From: Octopus bimaculoides
Lineage: Eukaryota
Assembly: GCF_001194135.2 (NCBI RefSeq)
Contig: NC_068996.1
Coordinates: 20,931,970-20,964,447, forward strand
DNA length: 32,478 nucleotides
Reading direction: 5' to 3'
The translations under genes and the position numbers were made by a program. Positions within the stretch are counted from its first letter, which is position 1, and the number at the start of each line of letters is the position of its first letter. Below, in pieces: positions 23,020 through 32,478 of this stretch. A model generated the notes under the pieces. It made no database searches. It was not told the origin of the DNA and saw nothing but the letters and a program-made list of their open reading frames with translations.

Positions 23020-23400
23020 TGGGTATGTTGTTTTTTTTTTTTTTTCCATCATGCCACCAGCAATTGGTAAAGTTATGATGTAGCTTGCAAGATTATGAAC
23101 CTTGAGTGGGTACGGGAACTTTATGCTTGGAGAATAAAGAATATAGGGGTGGGGTCAAGAACGAAAGGAAAGGGCCAGAGTAGAACAGGTTTCTTGCTGT
23201 AGAGGAGTGACTCTTACACAGAATAAATCAGCCGAAACATTGTGGTAACAATAAACAAAATGAGGATACATATCCGTTCAATGTAAATAATGTATGACTA
23301 TTCACATTTTAGAAGAGAGGTGGTTGAGTGGGAAATGGAAAGTGATATAAATAGTGATGAAGTGTCAGGGTATGAGCTGGGTAGGAATGAGTGGGGCAGT
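23020..23400 (-). mobile_element. Second family C segment, interrupted by an ~85-bp insert (23211-23295)
   Basis: ~23050-23210 duplicates ~22385-22548. The junction gaggagtgac|atgactattc is split by the insert in this copy. Confidence 0.75.
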
Positions 23401-23865
23401 GGTGCCAGGAGTGAGTGGGTGAAATAAGAGATATCTGATAGTGTAGGGCAGCAGAATGGAAATGATGAATACTAACATTGAGATTTACTTTTTGGTAACA
23501 TTATTCATTAACCTCACTGACATTAATGTTTAAGGCTAACATTTAGTAGTTATAGGGTATGTGGCATTAGACATTAATCTTAGTGATTGACCGTTTCTTT
23601 GCTCTCGTCATAACTAAGTTCAGTTTCAAGAAAGTGGGCAGGGTTTACTTATAACAGCCTTTGCTGGTATGCAATATTTTGTTTGTCAATGGTTCTACAG
23701 GAACAGTCAGTCTACATATTTATGGTGGTGCTAAAGACACTCAAGGATTTGTTGCTTGTTGTTACTAAACTTTGTGTCAGCTCTGATTGAGCAGACCTTG
23801 TTCCAGTTGTGACTGTATAAATGCTTACTGACACACTGATACGTTTGAAGTATTATTCTCTAACT

Positions 23866-24110
23866 CAGGGGTTTTCAAACTTTTTGACTTGCGGGCCCCT
23901 TTATATTTCAGGCTTTACCTTAGGGACCCCCTTATAAATGCTTATGAAATTTATACATAAATATTTGCTTAAAATAACATATTTTTACATTTATTTATTT
24001 AACAGATAGGTTTATTGTCAATTAAAAGATTTCGATTAAAAAACATATATAAAATCAAATTGCCCATAAAAAGTATTTGCTGTCCGCGGACCACAGTTTG
24101 AAAACCCCTG
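23866..24110. mobile_element. hAT-superfamily MITE (245 bp)
   Basis: Perfect 16-bp TIRs caggggttttcaaact / agtttgaaaacccctg and a perfect 8-bp TSD ctctaact (23858-23865, 24111-24118). CAG termini with an 8-bp TSD are typical of hAT. Confidence 0.95.
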
Positions 24111-24149
24111 CTCTAACTGATTCTCAAGTATTATAAGAATATATGAACT

Positions 24150-24450
24150 GGGTATGGCGGTGGTGTTGTTTAATCCTCGGGCAGCTGATTCAACAGAGGT
24201 ACATCCAGTCTTTTTTTTTGTTCAAGGATTGTGTGTTTATAGTTTCTTTAATATCCTCTGCTTTTGAAGACAGTGTGATTTTGAGGGATGATTAGTTGCT
24301 ATTTCTTGTTTGTTGAGTTACCACACAGATTCTCTTGTAGGATTGTGTATGTCATTTAGGCACAGATCATCCATGATTGAGCAAACTAATGATCAGATGT
24401 ATTCTGCTTGTGACCATGCTGTCTGTTTAGGTACATCAATGTCTACATTA
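24150..24450 (+). mobile_element. Degraded family D repeat(s)
   Basis: tgtttaatcctcgggcagctgatt..ttttgagggatgattagttgctatttct..tgtgaccatgct. Confidence 0.45.
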
Positions 24451-24776
24451 TCCCGATGGTCCTTTCCTTCTACAATAGTAAGGTGTGATTTGATGACAAA
24501 TTTGGTTGCTATTTTTAACTGGTACATGAACCCTCTAGCAATGGTTTGGTACGAAAGGTACATGTTTGCAGAAAGAGAAAATACCCTATTGTATATGAAA
24601 TATGTCCTGTGCTTATTCCAGCACATATATTATTGATTCCAAATGGGTAAAACCACTCAATACCAACTAACATTTAGTGTGGTAGTGGGCACTGAAATCT
24701 AAAATCAGTGTTTTGCTCATTAAAAAAGCTAAATTGTAACTGGTTATTGATTTTTGGTCTCTTGAAACTATTCCAG

Positions 24777-24857
24777 GAATGATCCAAAACCTTCATGTAG
24801 CTGCTCTCCTCGGCGACCAAAGAGAAGAGGAACAGATATGTATGAAGAAACAGATAT
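24777..24857 (+). CDS. Probable internal coding exon (phase 2-2, 81 nt): (G)NDPKPSCSCSPRRPKRRGTDMYEETD
   Basis: Acceptor tttttggtctcttgaaactattccAG (AG at 24775-24776) and donor AT|GTAAGC (24858). It is open in the frame required by the phase-2 donor at 9640 and lies in non-repetitive, purine-rich sequence. Confidence 0.65.
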
Positions 24858-25364
24858 GTAAGCTTTGTANNNNNNNNNNNNNNNNNNNNNNNNNNNNNNN
24901 NNNNNNNNNNNNNNNNNNNNNNNNNNNNNNNNNNNNNNNNNNNNNNNNNNNNNNNNNNNNNNNNNNNNNNNNNNNNNNNNNNNNNNNNNNNNNNNNNNNN
25001 NNNNNNNNNNNNNNNNNNNNNNNNNNNNNNNNNNNNNNNNNNNNNNNNNNNNNNNNNNNNNNNNNNNNNNNNNNNNNNNNNNNNNNNNNNNNNNNNNNNN
25101 NNNNNNNNNNNNNNNNNNNNNNNNNNNNNNNNNNNNNNNNNNNNNNNNNNNNNNNNNNNNNNNNNNNNNNNNNNNNNNNNNNNNNNNNNNNNNNNNNNNN
25201 NNNNNNNNNNNNNNNNNNNNNNNNNNNNNNNNNNNNNNNNNNNNNNNNNNNNNNNNNNNNNNNNNNNNNNNNNNNNNNNNNNNNNNNNNNNNNNNNNNNN
25301 NNNNNNNNNNNNNNNNGTTTAGTCAGTGGACGAGAATTTTGTACATTTATCATTGATCCAGAAG

Positions 25365-25656
25365 TCATCATCATCATTGTTTAACATCTGCTTTCCATGC
25401 TAGCATGGGTTGGACGATTTGACTGAGGACTGGTGAAACCAGATGGCTACACCAGGCTCCAATCTGATTTGGCAGAGTTTCTACAGCTGGATGCCCTTCC
25501 TAACACCAACCACTCTGAAAGTGTAGTGGGTGCTTTTACATTACACTGGCACGAAGGCCAGTCAAGCGGTACTGGCATCGGCCAGGCTCAAAATGGTGTA
25601 TTTTACGTGCCACCTGCACAGGAGCCAGTCCAGCAGGACTGGCAACGAACTTGCTG
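25365..25656 (-). mobile_element. Family C retroposon, relatively young copy
   Basis: (cat)n tail, gtttaacatctgctttccatgctagcatgggttggacgatttgactgaggactgg; near-identical to 32395-32478. Confidence 0.9.
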
Positions 25657-26012
25657 TGATGAATGATAAAAAATAATTGGAAAAACTTTGGCGTGAGGGA
25701 CTTAATAGTTTGAGGATTTCTTACAAATCCTTATGATGCACTTCACATCACATGCACATGCAAAAACACATGCACATAAATCTATTTTATTAATTGTTCA
25801 TGGCTAACAGCACATTAACGTCTATGTTCATGATTTATTTATTTTTTTAAGAGTTTTCATTGCATGCTAGATAACAGGCTGCTACCCACTAGCTCAAATT
25901 TTCATTTCATGCTAGAAATGGGCATCGTGGGTTGTACCACCATGGCCCTCACACAGCATAGCTGAAGGAGAGAAAAGATGCAGACATTTAAGGAGAAGAC
26001 AAATATTGACCC

Positions 26013-26032
26013 CTGTGTGTGTGTGTGTGTGT
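26013..26032. repeat. (TG)n microsatellite
   Basis: Directly visible. Confidence 0.9.
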
Positions 26033-26050
26033 ACATGTACACTATATATA

Positions 26051-27154
26051 GACTATATGATCAAAAGTATTTGGACACCCTGCAAAATGTGTGTTTATCA
26101 GAGAGGGTGACACAGTGAATCAAATGGAACACATGGTCAACGATCTCAGTAGCGCTAAGTAGCAGAATGGGATGCTGTTTGGAACTAACGGACTTTCAAT
26201 GAGGTCAAATGTCACTTGTCTAATAAACCTGTGCATGAGATTTCAACCCTCCTGAACATCCCCTAGGTCTACTGTTTCTGATGTAATAGTGAAGTGGAAA
26301 TGCGAAGGGATGTATACAACCCAAAAGCATTCGGGTCAAGCTTCCATGTTAACTCCTAGAGACTGTTGAGTGTTGAAGAGGGTCATGTAGCATAATTGTC
26401 TATCACAAAGAAATTGCAAACTTCAGCAGGATCTGAGCATCTGCCCATAAACCGCACATCATATAGACAAATGCCCAACGCCGCCTCGTGTGGTGTAAAG
26501 AGCGTCAAAACTGGACTACAGAACAGTGAGAAACTGTTGTGTAGTGTGATGAATCATGGTACACAATGTGGCGATCCAATGGTAGGGTGTGAGTGTGTGG
26601 TGAATGTGCACCAGCCTGTATAGTGCCAACTGAAATTCAGCGGTGGTGGAGTCATGGTGTGGTTGTGTTTCTCTTGGAGAGGGCTTGGCCCCTCTTGTTG
26701 CTTTACTTGGCACTGCCATGATGCAAGCTTACACTGGCGTTCTAATCACTTTCATGTTGCCTACTGTCAAGGACCAGTTCAGGGATGACCATTACGTCTT
26801 TCAACATGACCAAGCACCTGTCCATGCTGTAGGGGTGTGGTTTGACAACAGCATCCCACTAAAGGACTGACCTGTGTGGAGTCCTGATTTAAATCCTATC
26901 GGACATCTCTGAGATGTTTTTGAATGCCATACCAACCCACATTGATATCCTTGCTCATATTGGCACTCTGAAGAATGGGCTGTCGTTCCCCAGGAAACCA
27001 TCCACCACCTTGAAAGTATGCCTGCAAGAATGGAGGCTGTTACCAAGGCTAAGGGTGGGCCAACACTTACTGACTGTCAGTGTTCCTGATGGAGGGTAAC
27101 CCAAACTTGTACTTCATTATCAGTGGATGTCTAGATACTTTTGATTGCAGTGTG
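26051..27154 (+). mobile_element. Decayed Tc1-family DNA transposon with transposase pseudogene
   Basis: TIRs gactatatgatcaaaagtatttggacaccc (after TA at 26049-26050) and ggatgtctagatacttttgattgcagtgtg. Remnants include LVWCKERQNWTTEQ*..*CDESW (D at 26548), GGGVMVWLCFSWRGLGP, FQHDQAPVH (D at 26808), D*PVWSPDLNPIGHL*D (catalytic E mutated to G at 26901) and SMPARMEAVTKAKGGPT. Confidence 0.92.
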
Positions 27155-27169
27155 TGCGTGCATGTATCT

Positions 27170-27177
<8 letters not shown>

Positions 27178-27201
<24 letters not shown>
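27178..27201. repeat. (CA)n microsatellite
   Basis: Directly visible. Confidence 0.9.
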
Positions 27202-28049
27202 GAGGAGACATATGGGATGGAGAGTTGCTGAAGAGGTCACAGGATGTGTGATGAAAGATTTCAGACAAGACGCTAAAATAAAAATAATAGTAAGGCTGAA
27301 GTGAAGAACAAGTATATAGAGTGTGTGTTTATTTGGCAAAGAAAAAAGAGACCATCCTAAAATATAACTAATATATATATTATGTGTGTGTGTATGTATA
27401 TTTACTACAATACATAATACATTCCAATGAATCTGTTTAAAATGATAAATTGAGCAAAGATAGTAGAAACGAGCCAGTTATTTGTGGAATATCTCCCAGA
27501 CAGCATCTGCATAGCAAACCTGTAGTAAAGAGTTTACTGTCTCAATATCAGTGACCCTCAATTTCAGCAATTTTTGACATTTAGATAGAGGTCCAGTATG
27601 TTTATTTTAAGCTTAAAAAATAAACGTTCCATGTTCATTTTCTTCCATGATCCTTCTGTCTCTCCTAGTCTAAGAATATTTTATTCTAAGATTTACAAGT
27701 TTGAAATGTGGTCATCATTTTAAAGACTTTGGTGAATTTGCTTAGAGAGAGTTGGTATTTACTCTTTGGTAGGTTGAATGACTGCATAGAATTCATCAAA
27801 GAATTGGCTGTTACATTCAGTGCCTTGATTACAAAGGAACTCTGTCAATGGATTTTGTTGTTGTTATTGCATATCTCAGATAGATTCCACAGAATCTTCG
27901 ACATGAAGATATCATTGAATAGTCTTAGTCATGTGTGGTTTGAGCAGACCTATGATAGCTAAACAAATAAGTAGCCTTAGTCTTGAGTAAGCCTCTGTGA
28001 TACATGAGTAGCACTTCAAATGAAACAGTCACTTGACATATATTGATAT

Positions 28050-28262
28050 TTAGAGATACATGCAAAAGTGGTGAACAAAATGCTGCTAGGCATTTTGTCC
28101 ATCTTAATGTTCTGAGTTTAAATCCTGCCAAAGTTGACTTTGCCTTTCATTCTTTTGGGGTTGATAAAATAAGTACCCATTGAGCACTGGGGGTCAATGT
28201 AATTGACTTGCCCCACTTCCCCAAAATTACTGGCCTTGTGCCAAAATTTGAAACCAGTATTT
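28050..28262 (+). mobile_element. Family B SINE, CpG-decayed
   Basis: gttctgagtttaaatcctgcc..gttgactttgcctttcattcttttggggttgataaaataagtacc..ggccttgtgccaaaatttgaaaccagtatt. Confidence 0.9.
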
Positions 28263-28341
28263 ATTGATGCATGCCACTTGGTTTCGTTGTTACATGATAT
28301 ACAACTGTTTTTAACACTATCTCTTGCCCCCACTCCAGACA

Positions 28342-28577
28342 CTCTTATTTCGTTATTGCCCACAAGGGGCTAAACATAGAGGGGACAAACAAGGATAAAC
28401 AAAGAGATTAAGTCGATTACATCGACTCCAGTGCATATCTGGTACTTATTTAATCGATCCCGAAAGGATGAAAGGCTAAGTCGACCTCGGCGGAATTTGA
28501 ACTCAGAACGTAGCGGTAAATGAAATACCGTTAAGCATTTCGCCCAGCGTGCTAACGATTCTGCCAGCTTACCGCTC
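28342..28577 (-). mobile_element. Family B SINE, younger variant with a different 3' tail
   Basis: B-box-like GAGTTCAAATTCC on the minus strand (28492-28504) and core cctttcatcctttcgggatcgattaaataagtacc; CpGs intact. Confidence 0.92.
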
Positions 28578-29325
28578 TTGCAAACCCCTGCCTCCTCACA
28601 CTGCTAGTTTCCTGTATCTCTACTCACTCGTACTATCCTTACACCTTGAGGGACCGCAGCCACCTCATCACCACCACCGCTATTTGTCTCTTCACAGCTA
28701 CTGTTTATATTATTCCTAGCTCTCTCTCCTAAATGTGAGTTTGTCGTGTACATCTTCTATGACAAGAAACAACTCTGCAGCATCCCCTTCTCTCATACTG
28801 TAACCCTCATTGGCTACCATGAAGCTCTTCTCCTANNNNNNNNNNNNNNNNNNNNNNNNNNNNNNNNNNNNNNNNNNNNNNNNNNNNNNNNNNNNNNNNN
28901 NNNNNNNNNNNNNNNNNNNNNNNNNNNNNNNNNNNNNNNNNNNNNNNNNNNNNNNNNNNNNNNNNNNNNNNNNNNNNNNNNNNNNNNNNNNNNNNNNNNN
29001 NNNNNNNNNNNNNNNNNNNNNNNNNNNNNNNNNNNNNNNNNNNNNNNNNNNNNNNNNNNNNNNNNNNNNNNNNNNNNNNNNNNNNNNNNNNNNNNNNNNN
29101 NNNNNNNNNNNNNNNNNNNNNNNNNNNNNNNNNNNNNNNNNNNNNNNNNNNNNNNNNNNNNNNNNNNNNNNNNNNNNNNNNNNNNNNNNNNNNNNNNNNN
29201 NNNNNNNNNNNNNNNNNNNNNNNNNNNNNNNNNNNNNNNNNNNNNNNNNNNNNNNNNNNNNNNNNNNNNNNNNNNNNNNNNNNNNNNNNNNNNNNNNNNN
29301 NNNNNNNNNNNNNNNNNNNNNNNNG

Positions 29326-29570
29326 ACGGAAACTGAAAGAAGCCCGTTGTATATATGTGTATATATATGTGTGTTTGTCCCCCCAACATCGCTTGACAAC
29401 CGATGCTGGTGTGTTTACGTCCTCGTCACTTAGCGGTTCGGCAAAAGAGACCGATAGAATAAGTACTAGGCTTACAAAGAATAAGTCCTGGAGTCGATTT
29501 GCTCGACTAAAGGCGGTGCTCCAGCATGGCTGCAGTCACATGACTGAAACAAGTAAAAGAGTAAAAGAGA
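29326..29570 (+). mobile_element. Family A SINE, young; 5' part hidden in the gap
   Basis: gacggaaactgaaagaagcccg..tagcggttcggcaaaagagaccgatagaataagtactaggc..gaaacaagtaaaagagtaaaagag. Confidence 0.95.
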
Positions 29571-29697
29571 GTAAGCTAAGGTGTGTTTTCCATAGAATAT
29601 CAAAAATGAACAACACTGCTGGTATGACAATGACACTCATTTACAACTACTACGCAATGTCAAAACAGGGTGACACAAACGTATCTCCACTCTCTTG

Positions 29698-29849
29698 TAT
29701 ATATTCATGGGCTTCCACTCTGTTTCCAGCTCTCAAATCCACACAGGGCCTTTATTAGCCTGGGTCTATAGTAGAAGACACTTGCCCAAGTAGCACACAG
29801 TCAAACTATTCCTGAAATCATGCAGTTAGGACGCAAACTTAGCTACATC
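29698..29849 (-). mobile_element. Family A SINE 5' fragment, old
   Basis: atgggcttccactctgtttcc..ctatagtagaagacacttgcccaag. Confidence 0.75.
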
Positions 29850-29944
29850 TGTGTGTGTATGTGTAGGTGTGTAAGTAGATGTATGTATGTGTGTGTAGTT
29901 GTATGTATGTTTTTATGTCTATATATGTATGTATATTTGTCTTG

Positions 29945-30400
29945 GGTATGACTTCAGGCGTCATCCAGTACTGGGACTCTGGTTTGGGAATTCCAGGGTT
30001 TTGATGAGTATGGAACCACTTATTAGTCACTATTGTTCGCAGGTCTACACTGACCCAGAGTAGTAGCACCTTTTAGGGTCCCAGCTATGGGTTAATTAGC
30101 ATGTGAGTGCCTTGGGAAAAGTAAAAAGCTAGGGGTGTCAACCTCAGTAACAAACCAAGGAGTGGAGTCCATCAGTTGGTCTGGTACCCTCTTTGACACC
30201 CTTTCCAGCAGCTGCATGATGGGTGGATTTTTCCAGTCCTTAAGGGCAATTCACCTAGGAGAGGGTCACTTCAGTGTAAAACCTACAACTTACTGGTCAA
30301 TGCAGCTGTCTTAGCCTGCTGAGCCACTGCATTTAGAACCCCAAGACCTCTTAAGACTAAAAGAGGGATCAGATTGTGTAGACTGACTCTCATTTTAAAA
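29945..30400. mobile_element. Possible degraded non-LTR retrotransposon 5' region
   Basis: A GC-richer block with no ORF; it resembles an octopus repeat from memory only. Confidence 0.25.
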
Positions 30401-30683
30401 CTATTTTGTGAGGCAGGAAGAACACCCCTGCAGCAAGGATTGGCTTACATGCCCACTTGAGAGCATGCTGCTTTTCCTTGTGGTTTTTGGAGTACAAAGA
30501 AACTGCCATCATATATGTATTGGTTGAATTGATCTCTACAATATGAACCTGTGTGTGTGTGTGAGAGAGAGAGAGAGAAAGAGAGAATATATGGGTTGGA
30601 GTAATATGGTAGTACTCATTAAAAAAGCTCCTTGTATCATTGTACAAACCATATAGTAATATACAAGAGAAAAGGATAATGAA

Positions 30684-30837
30684 TGTATAAAGTCATAAAT
30701 GACAGAAAAATATTTTGATGAACTTTTATTTAACAATAAAAAAGAATCCTAATATCACGAGTCAATTTGTCGTGATATTAGGATTTTTCTTGTTAAATAA
30801 AAGTTCAAACTATTTCTGTCATTTGTGACTTTGCACA
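30684..30837. repeat. Imperfect ~70-bp-arm inverted repeat (foldback/MITE-like)
   Basis: Arms 30684-30760 and 30770-30837 with a 9-nt spacer. The inner atcctaatatcacga / tcgtgatattaggat is perfect, and gaacttttatttaacaa / ttgttaaataaaagttc is also perfect. Confidence 0.85.
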
Positions 30838-30995
30838 CATACACACGATGGGCTTCTACATAATTTCCATCTGCCAAATTTGCTTTGGTTGACCTGGGAC
30901 TACAGAAGGAAACACTTGTCCAATCTGCTACATAGTGGCACTGAACCAGACACCATGTGGTTGGAAACTGTTTCTTACTAGACAGTCATGCCTAC
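30838..30995 (-). mobile_element. Family A SINE 5' half, old
   Basis: acacgatgggcttc..tttccatctgccaaatt..acacttgtccaa..gtggcactgaacc..catgtggttgg..cagtcatgcct. Confidence 0.75.
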
Positions 30996-31100
30996 ACTCT
31001 GTTTTTATTTGAAAAACAGAAATTACAACGTGCTTTTGAATCCTTGTGGATTTTTACCATAATCAGTGGAATTTCTTTAGCTTGATAGAATTTTTTCCAG

Positions 31101-31152
31101 TTGTGAGATACTGTTTGAACATTTGGAGATCATCAACATCTGTGTCTGTAGA
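31101..31152 (+). CDS. Candidate internal coding exon (phase 2-0, 52 nt): (I)CEILFEHLEIINICVCR
   Basis: Acceptor gaattttttccAG (AG at 31099-31100) and donor AGA|GTAAGT (31153). Open in the frame following exon 24777-24857. It is short, so chance cannot be excluded. Confidence 0.4.
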
Positions 31153-31464
31153 GTAAGTATAAGGACTAGAAGAGGTTCTCTTAGATACTTAGCAATGCCA
31201 AAATAAAACAGTACAGTAAAATTATTCAGTTATGGAGAGGGGAAAATAATTGTCACTTTATTCAAAGTCAGACTGCAAATATTTTTGTCTTATTCTGTTG
31301 TACTTGTGTACAGTGATAGTAACAAGGTCCATGTAAATAACAATTAAAATGTATAAATGATGATAGAGGATTGTAATAAAATATTAGGGCACATTGTATA
31401 ATTTATATGTATATATTTACCTCTATATTTTTTGTCAGTTGAAAACTGAACTATGGTCACTATT

Positions 31465-31640
31465 GTTGATGTTTAATCCCAATTCAGCACAGAGCAGATC
31501 TATTCTAGCCTTGACACCTCATTTTGTTATAAGGCAGTGTATATCTAGGACCATATTACAAGATCTTCCTCTCTTAAGACAGTAAGGTATGATTTGAGAA
31601 AGATTTTGGTTTGTCTGTAGAGTGACTATATAAGGTAATT
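31465..31640 (+). mobile_element. Degraded family D repeat
   Basis: tgtttaatccc..gagcagatct..gtatgatttgagaaagattttgg. Confidence 0.35.
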
Positions 31641-32162
31641 CATTGGCTTGGTTACTAATCTTTTTAAATAATAGCAATTCATGAAGTATGTCAACTGATA
31701 TTGCAAAGAAATATAATGTATGTTTTGAAACCAATAATAATAAATTAAATTAATCTCAAGTGATTTCTTAAATTTACCTTAAACCATCTAGAATAATATA
31801 AGAAATGATAGAAAAGGAGCTATTCCATCTGTCCCATATATCAAAGTATCTTTCATGCATAGTGAGTGTACCATTGTGTAATCTGTAACTTTATGGCTAC
31901 AATTGAGACACCACAGATTACCCACCTGTGACAGTAACTCCAAAGTAAATGGGACACTCTAGGTTGTCTGCATGGGACAATCTATAATGCTAGTGGCATG
32001 ATGGAATATGCCAGTTCTGTATAAAACATACTGGAAGCACCAAAGTTGGCTGAGTTTATCTTTCTGCATATACCAGATGATACAGACTTTAAATAGTGAT
32101 GTGACACATTCAATCTATGGTAAAATCATTGTCAAATGATGATAATGATATGAGAGGAATAA

Positions 32163-32394
32163 ATACTCTTTTACTCTTTACTCTTTTACTTGTTTCAGTC
32201 GTTTGACTGCGGCCATGCTGGAGCACCGCTTTTAGTCGAGAAAATCGACCCCAGGACTTATTCTTTGTAAGCCTAGTACTTATTCTATCGGTCTCTTACT
32301 GCTGAACTGCTAAGTTGCGGGGACGTAAACACACCAGCATCGGTTGTCAAGCGATGGTGGGGGGACAAACACAGACACAAACACATATATATGT
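32163..32394 (-). mobile_element. Family A SINE 3' part, young
   Basis: actcttttactcttttactcttttacttgtttcagtc..ggacgtaaacacaccagcatcggttgtcaagcgatgg. Confidence 0.95.
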
Positions 32395-32478
32395 ATCATC
32401 ATCATCGTTTAACGTCCGCTTTCCATGCTAGCATGGGTTGGACGATTTGACTGAGGACTGGTGCAACCGGATGGCTAC
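32395..32478 (-). mobile_element. Family C retroposon 3' end, nested in the SINE's microsatellite (runs off the window)
   Basis: atcatcatcatcgtttaacgtccgctttccatgctagcatgggttggacg. Confidence 0.9.

Noticed and set aside
26520-26915. Five Trp codons mutated to TGA/TAG in the Tc1 relic, suggesting deaminase hypermutation
   Set aside because: Many other Trp codons are intact, stops are preferentially noticed, and the fraction looks compatible with neutral G>A decay. A dinucleotide-context test against the consensus would be needed.
24779-29433. Long ORFs of 163-207 aa spanning N runs
   Set aside because: They consist almost entirely of X from assembly gaps.
1-32478. CRISPR arrays, rRNA/tRNA genes, prokaryotic operons
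   Set aside because: None seen. The tRNA-like boxes all belong to SINE heads, and no regular repeat-spacer array is present.

Overview
AT-rich, repeat-dense animal genomic DNA with three assembly gaps (13677-13686, 24870-25316, 28836-29325). The SINE families resemble those I recall from Octopus, so a coleoid cephalopod is inferred but not verified. The window appears to hold the 5' part of one intron-rich + strand protein-coding gene of unknown identity. It has a Ser/Pro/Thr/His-rich first coding exon (~9060-9640), a phase-compatible 81-nt exon (24777-24857) and a possible 52-nt exon (31101-31152). Everything else I could resolve is transposon-derived: several SINE families, RTE-clade LINE remnants, a decayed Tc1 element, hAT/piggyBac/Tc1-mariner-type MITEs and microsatellites. 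Nearly all ORFs in the supplied track look spurious. The most notable items are: (1) a head-to-head pair of decayed minimal hammerhead ribozymes at 12466-12574; (2) a 33-bp-arm palindrome with a telomere-like loop at ~5002-5089; (3) a duplicated in-frame splice donor at 24831-24863; (4) a CpG-retention to CpG-decay transition consistent with gene-body methylation; (5) inverted SINE pairs in the putative introns. No complete novel multi-gene system is supported. All motif and family assignments were made by eye, without database searches.
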